Assembly: GCA_029237775.1 (NCBI GenBank)
Contig: JAQZBR010000009.1
Coordinates: 7,708 to 71,707 of the forward strand
Reading direction: 5' to 3'
DNA from: Bacteroidota bacterium
Lineage (GTDB): Bacteria; Bacteroidota; Bacteroidia; 2-12-FULL-35-15
Length of the DNA: 64,000 nt
Position numbers and translations under genes: made by a program
In this document: positions 38,628 through 49,599 of the stretch, one piece after another
Numbering within the stretch: position 1 is the stretch's first letter
How the letters are laid out: the number at the start of each line of letters is the position of its first letter
The notes under the pieces: generated by a model
Seen by the model: the letters and a program-made list of their open reading frames with translations, nothing else
Databases searched by the model: none
What the model was told of the DNA's origin: nothing

Positions 38628-40556
38628 CTAAAATTTAATTCCCGCGATCAGGATATCGTCCACCTGTTCAAGAGGGCCTTTCCACTTTTCTATTGCTTGA
38701 TCCAGAAGTTGCTTTTGCTCATGCATTGGCAGATGGCTGTTTTGAAGAAGCAAATTCTGCAACTGTTTATATTTAAATTTTTTGCCTTTGTCGCCTCCAA
38801 ACTGGTCAGCATATCCGTCAGTAAGAAGATAAACTATATCACCTCTTCGCAAACCGATAGTTTGCAGACTAAAAGACTTTTGCTCATCATGATGTTTGCC
38901 TACCGGCATTTTATCGGCTTCAAAAACTTTAAGCTCATTGTTCCTTATTAGCCACAAAGGATTATTAGCACATGCAAAGCGAAGCCACATCCCTTTAAAA
39001 TCAAATATGCACAATACAGCATCCATTCCGTCACGTGAGATATCCTCTGAGCCTTCCGGATTTAATGATGTGATTATTTGCTCACGCACTTCGTTAAGAA
39101 TTTTATCCGGGGACTCGATGTGCTTTTCTTTTAAAGCCTCATTGAGAAACGAAATATTCAAAAGACTCATGAAAGCACCAGGCACTCCATGTCCCGTACA
39201 ATCTGCAACACAAAAATAAAAACGGCCCGAGTGCGAACCCGCCCAGTAAAAGTCGCCACTGACAATATCTTTTGGTTTGTATAAAATAAAATGTTCAGGT
39301 AAATTTTCATTCAGCACTTTCTCACTTGCAAGTAAAGTCTGCTGGATCCTTTTCGCATAGTTGATGCTGTCAGTTACTTCACGGTTACGCTGACCCACCA
39401 GGTCGCGCTGATGCTCCACTTCAGCCTTTTGTAGCGTGATAACCTCATTTGCTTTCTTCTTGTTACGATAAGCAACAACAACTACAAGAATAATTATTAC
39501 GAACAAAGCGATCGCGATGTATAATGTGCGCGTTCTCGCAGCCTGTTCTTCCAGTTTCAAAAGATTGAGCTCACTCTGCTTGTGAAGATTATCGATCTGA
39601 AGCTGCTTGCTGGTATTTTGATACTTAGCTTCCATTTCAGTGATGATCCTCGTATTTTGCTCATTGAAGATACTGTCCTTTATATCCACATGTTTCTGAT
39701 AAAATACCAAAGCCTGTTCGAAATTCTTCTGTCGCATATAAATTTCGGAGATCATCTTATAACAATGTTTCAGCAGATCAGCATACTTGATACGCTCAGC
39801 AATTTCAGCGCTTTGCGTAAAAAAGCTCAGTGCATTTTTCAGGTCTCCCATTTGAAGGTTAACTTCACCCAAATTAACAAAGTTGATCGCCAGCCCGGCT
39901 GTATCGCCAAGCTCCATTCTTATTTGCGATGCCTGAGACAGGTAATCAATTGCAAGCGTAAAATTTTTCTGATTCGAATAAAGCTCTGCAAGAAAGTTCA
40001 GGCTATATGATTCACCGAGCTTATTTGCCGTGAGACGATACATCTCGAGCGCCTTATTGATCGTAACAATGGCAGTGTCTGCCTTACCCTGCAGCTGAAA
40101 CACCAAACCAATATCGTTGAGCGCACCTGCCATTCCTGAAGTATCTTTTAGATCATAGGCGAGCTTATAAGCATTATTAAACTGTACTGAAGCATCAGGA
40201 AGCTTATTCAGTTTTTTATAGAAAGTCCCGTAGAGATTGTAAACCGATAACAGTATATCATTGAATTTTTCTTTCTCTGCGATCGTTAATGCCTCCTGGT
40301 AGTTAGCAAGAGCCGATGCATATACGCCTTTTGTATAAAAAGCCAGCCCTTTGTTCTTGTATGCTTCGGCAAGAGCGTGTTTATTATTTTCCGTCTTTGC
40401 GAGTACAATTACTGAATCGGAATATATTATAGAGCTGTCGTATTTTGTGCTGAGTGTGCGATAGGAATTTTTCAGCAAATGATCGATACGATTTTGAGCA
40501 CCTGCATTTGAACAAAACAGGACAACCAACAACACTGCATATTTAAGCCTTTCCAT
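38628..40556 (-). CDS. Membrane sensor phosphatase (periplasmic TPR array, TM, PP2C/SpoIIE domain), paralog
   Basis: Signal MERLKYAVLLVVLFCSNAGAQ. TPR repeats. TM LYIAIALFVIIILVVVVAY. SGDFYW, ADCTGHGVPGAFMS, DGMDAVLC, TDGYADQFGG. C-terminus LIAGIKF. Confidence 0.8.
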   Translation of the reverse strand: MERLKYAVLLVVLFCSNAGAQNRIDHLLKNSYRTLSTKYDSSIIYSDSVIVLAKTENNKHALAEAYKNKGLAFYTKGVYASALANYQEALTIAEKEKFNDILLSVYNLYGTFYKKLNKLPDASVQFNNAYKLAYDLKDTSGMAGALNDIGLVFQLQGKADTAIVTINKALEMYRLTANKLGESYSLNFLAELYSNQKNFTLAIDYLSQASQIRMELGDTAGLAINFVNLGEVNLQMGDLKNALSFFTQSAEIAERIKYADLLKHCYKMISEIYMRQKNFEQALVFYQKHVDIKDSIFNEQNTRIITEMEAKYQNTSKQLQIDNLHKQSELNLLKLEEQAARTRTLYIAIALFVIIILVVVVAYRNKKKANEVITLQKAEVEHQRDLVGQRNREVTDSINYAKRIQQTLLASEKVLNENLPEHFILYKPKDIVSGDFYWAGSHSGRFYFCVADCTGHGVPGAFMSLLNISFLNEALKEKHIESPDKILNEVREQIITSLNPEGSEDISRDGMDAVLCIFDFKGMWLRFACANNPLWLIRNNELKVFEADKMPVGKHHDEQKSFSLQTIGLRRGDIVYLLTDGYADQFGGDKGKKFKYKQLQNLLLQNSHLPMHEQKQLLDQAIEKWKGPLEQVDDILIAGIKF

Positions 40557-40575
40557 TTCTTAATCCTTCTGTTTA

Positions 40576-43500
40576 TCAGATCCTGATACCAATTACCAAT
40601 ATATCATCCACCTGCTCCAGATCACCCTGCCATTCAGCATTTCTATTCGTCAAAATTTCTTTTTGTTCAGCCATTGGCTTCTGATGAATGCTGATCAATA
40701 ATTCCTGAAATTGTTTGTATTTGAACTTTTTGCCTTTCGGGCCACCAAACTGATCGGCATAGCCATCGGTAAACAGATAAATGCAATCACCTTTTTGAAT
40801 TTCCCATTCATGATTGGTGAAGCGTTGCAGTTCTTCTCCTATAAAAGCGCCAACAGGAAATTTATCTCCATTGATCTCGATCACCTGATTATCTCTTATC
40901 AGCCACAAAGGATTATTTGCACCCGCAAACTCCATTGTTGACTTTTTATAATTGATAGCACAAAGCGCGATGTCCATTCCATCACGCACGGTGGCCTCTT
41001 CAGGATTCTGATTTAATTTTTTTGAAAGCTGTGAATTGGTTTCATTTAAGATCAACGCAGGTTTTGCAAGACCCAGAACATTTACCGCCTGGGTCAAAAG
41101 ATTGTGAGCAACAATACTCATAAAAGCTCCCGGCACTCCATGTCCTGTGCAATCTACAGCCGCTATGAGCGTCTGAGGCCCCCATTGTTCAAGCCAGTAA
41201 AAATCTCCGCTTACAATATCCTTCGGTTTATAAAACACAAATGAATCGGGGAGCAGTTGTTTTATGCTTGAGTCAGATGGCAGGATCGCTTCCTGAATAC
41301 GTTTCGCATAATGTATACTATCAGTAATATCTTTATTCTTTTCATCGATCTCAGAATATGCGCTCTGCAGCTTTTCTTTTTCTTCCCGAAGCTCTTTGGT
41401 TCTTATCGCTACCTCTTCCTTCAAGCGTTGACGGCTTCGCTGCAGGCTTTGTTCGCGGAACTTTATAAATCCGTAGATAACAGATACACCCAGAAGTATT
41501 GTAATTATATAGAACCAGGGCCTCTTCCAGAACGGTGGTACGATCTCAAAAGAATAAGCGACAGGTGTTTCATTCCACACTCCATCATTGTTTGATGCTT
41601 TTACAAGAAAAGTATATTTTCCCGGAGGAAGATTCGAGTATGTGGTGCTGGTTGATTTTCCTTCGGGGAGCCAATCCTGGTCGAAGTTCTGAAGCATAAA
41701 GCGGTAGCGGACCTTATCGGGAATGGTTTGTGACACACCCACAAAATCGAATGTGATGTGATTTTTATCGTACGGTAACACAAGATTTCGCGGTAAGCCG
41801 TTAACGATGCTATCAGAGTATTGGCTGAAATTCACAGCCTCAAGAAATAAGCGGATTCCTGTGATCTGTGTTTGCGGAGGAACCTTGTTCTGATATTCAA
41901 AATCGGGATTATAAATTGTAACCCCGTTGATCGTTCCTATCCAAAGCTTGCCGTCAACATCGCGGTAAATTGCATTTTGATTGCATTCAAGCCCAATAAA
42001 ACCTTCTTCTTTGCCATAATGCTTCAGCCTGACTTCCTTCTGATTAACAAAGGAATTTATATCAAGCCGGTCAATTCCATTGTTGGTGCCGATCCATAAA
42101 TATCCATCATTATCCGCATTCACATAATAAACAGTATTTGAGCTTAATCCGTTCAGCTCATTTATTGTGATGAATTTTTTCCCGTTATAAACGGCAACTC
42201 CATAGTCGGTGCTGATCCAGAGATAACCAAGATGATCCCTCACCAGGTTTCTTATTCTGGGAAATCCTTCGGGACGTGTGATTGACGTGAATTTCTTCCC
42301 ATCATACTTTGTGATCTTGTCAACAGAACCGAACCAGAAGTCGCCAAAATTATCCTGGTAGATTGCGTTTACTCCTTTTGATGAAAGTCCGTTCTTAGAA
42401 TCAAAAAGAGTAAAGGTCTTCCCATCAAACATATCAACTCCGTTCTCGTGCGCTATCCAGACATTCCCCTTTCTATCAGTTAGCAGGGCGGGAATACGAA
42501 CACCGTGAAGGCCATCCTTCAGATAATAATTCTTGAATTTTTTCCCGTCAAAAACACTGATGCCGCTGGCAGATGTCCCCATCCAGATATTCCCTTTTTT
42601 GTCTTCAGTGATCGACCACACGTTATTAAACGCAAGGCCATCCTTCTGGCTATAATTGGTGAAAACGGCAGTGTCCCTTGCAATGCTTTCACTATAGTTG
42701 AATTTAGAAACACCGCCACCCCAGGTCCCGATCCAGAAATTATCTTTACTGTCTTTGTAAACAGACATCACGGTATTATGAACAAGTCCGTGCGCCTCAT
42801 TAAAATTTATAAAACGGTCATTTTGGTATTTACTTACTCCACCTGAGAATGAGCCAAACCACATATTCCCTTCCCTGTCTTGTGTGATCGCATCGATCAA
42901 TGTTCCGCACAAACCATTGGCTTTAGTGATCGTACGCATTCTTCCGTAAGTGATCTTGAGAATACCCTTTGCCGTACCTGCCCAGATATTTCCGAGTGAA
43001 TCTTTATATAATTTGTAAACCGTTTCAAGCTTTTTATCAGTGATGAGCTTAAATGACTGATCACCGGTATAAGCTTTTGAAGGATCATATTCATGGATCC
43101 CTCGATAGGTGGTGACCCAGACCTTGCTTCCGTTAATAAGTATGTCGCGGACTTTAAGATCTATTAGGCCATCCTTTGAAGTAAAGTGTTTTATCGTTTT
43201 TCCGTCATAACAAAAAACACCGTTCAGCATTGTGGCGATCCAGGTATTCCCGAGCTTGTCCTGCTTCACAGACCACACCTGATAGCTTCCTAAAGAATCA
43301 TTTCGGGCAAAAGCTCTGAATTTGTTACCATCATACAACACAATTCCGGAACTGGTGCCGATCCAGTAATTCCCATCACTATGCTTATACACACAATAAA
43401 TTCCGCTTTCATTAACGAGCGGATCCTTAAAAGATTCTATTTTTTTATTGTTGATGCGGCAAAGGCCCTTTGTTGTCCCGAACCATATGTTCTGACTATC

Positions 43501-43764
43501 GTATTCAAAAATGGTATTGACGCGGTTATTGTTCAGTCCGTCACGTGTGCTGTAATTTGTAAACTTCACACCGTCAAAACAGCTTACTCCGCCTCCATTG
43601 GTCGCAAACCACATGTTTCCGCTGTGATCCTGAATCAAATCAATGATCTGTGATTGAGGCAAGCCATCACCGATCGAATAATTTTTAAAATTAAGCAGTT
43701 GGGCGTTTGCTATAAAGCAAAAGCAAAAAAGGCAGAAGGATATGTAGATCTTTTTAAAGGACAC
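40576..43764 (-). CDS. Membrane sensor phosphatase with periplasmic two-component-regulator beta-propeller repeats plus Y_Y_Y domain, TM, coiled coil, PP2C/SpoIIE domain. GTG start.
   Basis: Signal MSFKKIYISFCLFCFCFIANAQ. Many G..W.GT..G(L/V)..(Y/F)(D/N) propeller blades. Y_Y_Y-like YRFMLQNFDQDW...YTFLVKASNNDGVWNE. TM. SGDFYW, VDCTGHGVPGAFMS, DGMDIALC, TDGYADQFGG. C-terminus LVIGIRI. Confidence 0.8.
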   Translation of the reverse strand: MSFKKIYISFCLFCFCFIANAQLLNFKNYSIGDGLPQSQIIDLIQDHSGNMWFATNGGGVSCFDGVKFTNYSTRDGLNNNRVNTIFEYDSQNIWFGTTKGLCRINNKKIESFKDPLVNESGIYCVYKHSDGNYWIGTSSGIVLYDGNKFRAFARNDSLGSYQVWSVKQDKLGNTWIATMLNGVFCYDGKTIKHFTSKDGLIDLKVRDILINGSKVWVTTYRGIHEYDPSKAYTGDQSFKLITDKKLETVYKLYKDSLGNIWAGTAKGILKITYGRMRTITKANGLCGTLIDAITQDREGNMWFGSFSGGVSKYQNDRFINFNEAHGLVHNTVMSVYKDSKDNFWIGTWGGGVSKFNYSESIARDTAVFTNYSQKDGLAFNNVWSITEDKKGNIWMGTSASGISVFDGKKFKNYYLKDGLHGVRIPALLTDRKGNVWIAHENGVDMFDGKTFTLFDSKNGLSSKGVNAIYQDNFGDFWFGSVDKITKYDGKKFTSITRPEGFPRIRNLVRDHLGYLWISTDYGVAVYNGKKFITINELNGLSSNTVYYVNADNDGYLWIGTNNGIDRLDINSFVNQKEVRLKHYGKEEGFIGLECNQNAIYRDVDGKLWIGTINGVTIYNPDFEYQNKVPPQTQITGIRLFLEAVNFSQYSDSIVNGLPRNLVLPYDKNHITFDFVGVSQTIPDKVRYRFMLQNFDQDWLPEGKSTSTTYSNLPPGKYTFLVKASNNDGVWNETPVAYSFEIVPPFWKRPWFYIITILLGVSVIYGFIKFREQSLQRSRQRLKEEVAIRTKELREEKEKLQSAYSEIDEKNKDITDSIHYAKRIQEAILPSDSSIKQLLPDSFVFYKPKDIVSGDFYWLEQWGPQTLIAAVDCTGHGVPGAFMSIVAHNLLTQAVNVLGLAKPALILNETNSQLSKKLNQNPEEATVRDGMDIALCAINYKKSTMEFAGANNPLWLIRDNQVIEINGDKFPVGAFIGEELQRFTNHEWEIQKGDCIYLFTDGYADQFGGPKGKKFKYKQFQELLISIHQKPMAEQKEILTNRNAEWQGDLEQVDDILVIGIRI

Positions 43765-43855
43765 AAATGATCACCGGGTGTAAAACATCCCTAAAATAAA
43801 GGAAAAAAACCATATAATACAAAACATTTATTATAAAAAAGCCGCTAAAAATGAC

Positions 43856-43863
43856 TACTTTTG
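43856..43863 (+). promoter_or_regulatory. Candidate -7 promoter element TACTTTTG for the ABC-F gene
   Basis: TAnnTTTG match about 22 nt upstream of the ATG at 43885, in the divergent intergenic region. Confidence 0.35.
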
Positions 43864-43872
43864 CAGCCTTAA

Positions 43873-45519
<1,647 letters not shown>

Positions 45520-45590
45520 TTCCGTGGCAGAGTTGCTTATGAATGTTTGTATTAACTAATTATCTTTTTAGTAATAAATAATCATCGATC

Positions 45591-46253
45591 ATGAAAAAAG
45601 TAACACTGTTAATTATTCTTATTTGCTCTCTAAAGGCTTACTCTCAAAATGTTTCTGCAGACACAACTAAAAAAGATTTTAAGAATGCGATTGGAATAGA
45701 TGCTTCCACTTTTGTAAGGCAATTTTTCATTTCGAACAACACATCTTTACCTGTCCAACGTTTTCCCACAATTCTAAGCTACAGGAGATTTATCAAAAGT
45801 AGTGCGCTAAAAATAGCTGCCGGTGCGTACGTTCAGACAACCGACAACACTACAAATGACAGTGTTGGGAATAAGACCGAAAATTCAGGTTACTGCATCC
45901 GGCTTGGTTATGAGCACTACTCTTATCTTGGTAAAAGGTGGATGTATTATTTTGGAGCAGATCTTATTTATGCACATTCAAAAGATCATAGCGACACCCA
46001 TTTTTCAACTACTTCTGCTTCAGAATACACCACGATCGCAACTGATTATGGGATCTCACCTTTATTGGGAATAAACTTTCAGATAACTGAACGTTTAAGC
46101 ATAGCGTCTGAAGCCAGCTTTGATGTCGCTTATGAAATGGGAAATACAAAATCAACCGCATTCCCTTCAGGACTTGACACCCACAGATCATCCAATAAAA
46201 TAATTACAACCTTTAACGCACTTCAGTTAATAAACCTGAGAATTAAGTTTTAA
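45591..46253 (+). CDS. Small outer-membrane beta-barrel-like protein, hypothetical
   Basis: Signal MKKVTLLIILICSLKAYSQ. Alternating hydrophobic pattern. C-terminal ...LRIKF ending in Phe (OMP terminal signature). Confidence 0.45.
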   Translation: MKKVTLLIILICSLKAYSQNVSADTTKKDFKNAIGIDASTFVRQFFISNNTSLPVQRFPTILSYRRFIKSSALKIAAGAYVQTTDNTTNDSVGNKTENSGYCIRLGYEHYSYLGKRWMYYFGADLIYAHSKDHSDTHFSTTSASEYTTIATDYGISPLLGINFQITERLSIASEASFDVAYEMGNTKSTAFPSGLDTHRSSNKIITTFNALQLINLRIKF

Positions 46254-46277
46254 TAAATAATTCTTTTAAACAAACAA

Positions 46278-46302
46278 AAACGCCTTCATCATGAAGGCGT
46301 TT
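46278..46302. terminator. Bidirectional rho-independent terminator (aaacgccttcat c atgaaggcgttt), T-runs on both sides
   Basis: 12-bp perfect inverted repeat between the convergent gene stops at 46253 and 46307. Transcript from either strand gets a hairpin followed by a U-run. Confidence 0.6.
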
Positions 46303-46306
46303 CTTT

Positions 46307-47554
46307 TTATCGGCTTTGTGGGCGTTGCCCCTGCGGCTTTGGATTTCTCCTGAAAGGTTTCTTTTTAGCACCACCTGCAAAAGGCTTTTTGATCCTCACA
46401 TCAGGTGCATAAACAGGGCCTTCACCGAGATGTGCAGGCAATGGGATCTTATTCACTTCTGCAGCAATCAGCGTTTCTATCTGTGCGAACTTTTGCTGAT
46501 CATATTCATTGATAAAAGTTAAAGCAACTCCTGTTGATGAAGCACGAGCTGTCCTTCCAATGCGGTGTATGTAATCCGCGGCATCACCAGGAACATCATA
46601 ATTGATCACCAGGTTAATGTCTTCAATATCTATTCCACGGGAAAGAATATCTGTTGCAACAAGGATCTGAGTCTGCTTACTTCTAAAATCCCTCAGTACC
46701 TGTTCGCGTTCCGATTGTTCAAGATCCGAATGAATAGCTTTTGCCATTATACCGGCCTTAATAAGATCGCGCTCCAGCTCTTTCACTTTTTGTTTTGTCG
46801 AAACAAAAATGATCACAGAGCTTAACTCTTTCTCTTTGCCTTCCAATAATGATTTTATTAGGTTATTTTTCTGTGCATCGTACACCAGATATGCTCCCTG
46901 TAAAACACCTTCTGCAGGCTTCGAAAGAGAGATGCTGATCTGCTCAGGATCATTGAGAAGCTTTGTTGCAAGTGTTCTGATCTTCGGTGCCATCGTAGCA
47001 GAGAACATCAGCGTTTGTCTATTCTTAGGCAGGTATGTTGTTATTTTAAGGATATCATCCACGAAGCCCATGTCAAGCATGCGATCTGCTTCATCGAGAA
47101 TTAAATGCTTAAGATCATCGAGCTTAACATATCCCATGTTAAGGTGAGCCATTAAACGGCCCGGAGTAGCTATGATAACATTCGCACCTTGTGTTAATGC
47201 CTTCTTTTCGGTTTCAAAAACACTTCCGTCACTTCCTCCATAAATAGCAATTGAGCTCACTGAAGTGAAATAGGAGAAGCCCTGTAAAGCCTGGTCTATC
47301 TGAAGCGCAAGCTCACGGGTAGGAACAATGATCAAAGTGTTTGTGGAATTAGTATCCTCTTTTGCAAGCTTATTAAGTATCGGCAACACAAAAGCTGCAG
47401 TTTTTCCTGTTCCCGTTTGTGCGCATCCTATTAGATCTTTTCCTTTTAAGATAATTGGTATTGCCTGTTCCTGTATTGGTGTCGGGTTCTCAAACCCCAT
47501 AGCATCAAGCCCTTCCTGAAGGCTGGGCTCAAAATTAAATTCACTGAATTTCAA
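46307..47554 (-). CDS. DEAD-box ATP-dependent RNA helicase (RhlE/CsdA-like) with basic C-terminal tail. Apparent TTG start.
   Basis: Q-motif GFENPTPIQ, Walker A AQTGTGKT, DEAD (LILDEADRM), SAT, HRIGRTAR. C-terminal R/K/P-rich tail. Confidence 0.9.
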   Translation of the reverse strand: MKFSEFNFEPSLQEGLDAMGFENPTPIQEQAIPIILKGKDLIGCAQTGTGKTAAFVLPILNKLAKEDTNSTNTLIIVPTRELALQIDQALQGFSYFTSVSSIAIYGGSDGSVFETEKKALTQGANVIIATPGRLMAHLNMGYVKLDDLKHLILDEADRMLDMGFVDDILKITTYLPKNRQTLMFSATMAPKIRTLATKLLNDPEQISISLSKPAEGVLQGAYLVYDAQKNNLIKSLLEGKEKELSSVIIFVSTKQKVKELERDLIKAGIMAKAIHSDLEQSEREQVLRDFRSKQTQILVATDILSRGIDIEDINLVINYDVPGDAADYIHRIGRTARASSTGVALTFINEYDQQKFAQIETLIAAEVNKIPLPAHLGEGPVYAPDVRIKKPFAGGAKKKPFRRNPKPQGQRPQSR

Positions 47555-47730
47555 ATCGTTCTGTATTTATATGTTATACGAAGATACGGCTAATAATTCA
47601 TTAATGCCAGCAAAACCCACTGAATGTAAGGAGCGGTTAAAAGTTATAACGCAAGGGATTATTATAAATATAAGCAGGTGGGGCGGCTAAAAATATAAAA
47701 AAACAATATATTCGTTATAAGAAAGGCGAT

Positions 47731-48300
47731 ATGTTCAAATTCATTTTTAAATTGTTCGGCTGGAAGATCACACATTATCTTCCGAATGATATTAAGCAAT
47801 GTGTGATAGTTGTTGCACCGCATACAAGCAATTGGGAATTTGTTTTCGGCATGGGTGCAATAAAATTCATGAAACTAAATCCGCGGTTCGCTATAAAAAA
47901 AGAATGGATCCGTTTTCCTTTCAAAAAACTGATGCTTTCCTCCGGAGCTCTACCTATAGACAGAAATGCAAAAAATAATTTAGGCGAAAAAAAAGGCACG
48001 GTAGATGCTATGGCGGAGCTGTTCAAAACTAATCCAAACCTCCGGCTTGTAATCACCCCTGAAGGGACAAGGTCGAGAATGGAAAAGTGGAAGACGGGAT
48101 TTTATCATGTTGCGGTTAAAGCCAATGTTCCTATCGCTTTAGGGTACATGGATTATGAAAAGAGACAATGCGGGATCAGCTCAATTATTTATCCGAGCGG
48201 TGATTTTAAAAAAGACATGAAGATAATTATGGACTTCTATAAAGATGTTAAAGCAAAACATCCTGAAAACTTCAGTGTTGATGTGGAATTAAGTAAATAG
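47731..48300 (+). CDS. Lysophospholipid (1-acyl-sn-glycerol-3-phosphate) acyltransferase family protein
   Basis: H(X4)E/D-type block APHTSNWEF and PEGTRS motif typical of the PlsC/LPLAT superfamily. 189 aa. Confidence 0.55.
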   Translation: MFKFIFKLFGWKITHYLPNDIKQCVIVVAPHTSNWEFVFGMGAIKFMKLNPRFAIKKEWIRFPFKKLMLSSGALPIDRNAKNNLGEKKGTVDAMAELFKTNPNLRLVITPEGTRSRMEKWKTGFYHVAVKANVPIALGYMDYEKRQCGISSIIYPSGDFKKDMKIIMDFYKDVKAKHPENFSVDVELSK

Positions 48301-48307
48301 AAAAACA

Positions 48308-49501
48308 ATGAACATGAAATTAAAACATTTTTTCCTGCTCGTGCTTTTTTCAGGCTCTGTGCTCCTTTCCGCGCAGAACCGCGAAATTCAATTTGAAAAA
48401 GGTAAATGGTCAAGCGTTCTGGAGAAAGCGCGAAAGGAAAACAAAGTGATCTATCTCGATTGCTATACAACCTGGTGCGGGCCTTGCAAATGGATGGCGA
48501 AGAAGGTTTTCACCAATGATACAGTTGCCGATTTCTATAATAAGAATTTTGTAAATGTGAAAATGGATATGGAAAAAGGCGAAGGCGTTGAGCTCGCTAA
48601 AAAGTATGGGATCCGTGCCTACCCTACAATGCTTTATCTGGATGCATCAGGAGAGATAGTTCACCGCAGCTGCGGCTCAACCTCCACCGGCAAATTTATA
48701 AATACAGGGAAAGATGCCTTGAATCCTGACACCCAATTAAGAACCTTCACAAAAAAATTTAACAATGGAATCAATCCGGAAACCAATGTTGCTGCTTATT
48801 TCGGGATGCTTGATGATGCCTGCCAGGAGATGCAAACCGAACTGAGCAATTATTTCGCGTCTCAAAAGGATAGCCAGCTGGCTTCCCGCGCAAACTGGGA
48901 GATCATCTATCGTTTTGTAAACGATTACTCAAGCAGGGAATTTCAGTTATTCGAAAAAAACAAACGTTCATTCGAGGAGCTTTACACTGTTGATTCAGTT
49001 CGTTCGAAACTTAATTCCGTTTACGCTTCGGGCTTAAAACAGGCGGTCCGCAAAAAAGACAGCGATACATACGATGCTTTAAAAGCAAAAGTAAATTCCT
49101 CAGGAGCAGCTGACGCTGAGAAGATAGTGATGAATGCTGAACTCGAACTTTACCAGTCGAAGGGCGATTGGGATAAATACATTCAGACCGCTAACGCCTA
49201 TGCAGATAAATATCTGGAGGATAAAGCCTCGGAATTAAACGGCATTGCATGGATGTTTTATGAGCATACCGATGACATAGCTTTGCTACAGAAAGCTGAA
49301 GGCTGGGCTAAGAGGGCGGTAGAGCTTCAGGACATTTATCCTACAAATGATACATATGCTTCGGTTTTATACAAATTAGGCAAAAAGGAAGAAGCGAAGA
49401 AAGCTGCAGAAAGAGCTATTTCACTAGCAAAGGAGAGTGGAAGCAATTACGATGAAACGAAGGAGCTTCTTAAGAAAATCGAGAAATTAAAAGCGCGATA
49501 G
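48308..49501 (+). CDS. Secreted thioredoxin-fold protein (CGPC active site) with helical/TPR-like C-terminal domain
   Basis: Signal peptide. VIYLDCYTTWCGPCKWM thioredoxin motif. Helical K/E-rich C-terminal half. Starts 7 nt after the acyltransferase stop. Confidence 0.6.
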   Translation: MNMKLKHFFLLVLFSGSVLLSAQNREIQFEKGKWSSVLEKARKENKVIYLDCYTTWCGPCKWMAKKVFTNDTVADFYNKNFVNVKMDMEKGEGVELAKKYGIRAYPTMLYLDASGEIVHRSCGSTSTGKFINTGKDALNPDTQLRTFTKKFNNGINPETNVAAYFGMLDDACQEMQTELSNYFASQKDSQLASRANWEIIYRFVNDYSSREFQLFEKNKRSFEELYTVDSVRSKLNSVYASGLKQAVRKKDSDTYDALKAKVNSSGAADAEKIVMNAELELYQSKGDWDKYIQTANAYADKYLEDKASELNGIAWMFYEHTDDIALLQKAEGWAKRAVELQDIYPTNDTYASVLYKLGKKEEAKKAAERAISLAKESGSNYDETKELLKKIEKLKAR

Positions 49502-49599
49502 ATACCCTCATATCAATTCCGTAACACTTTATCGCTCTTTTATTTCGGCTCGTCAAATAATATTGATAAAGTGCAGGAAGTTAGGTACTTTTACCAAAC

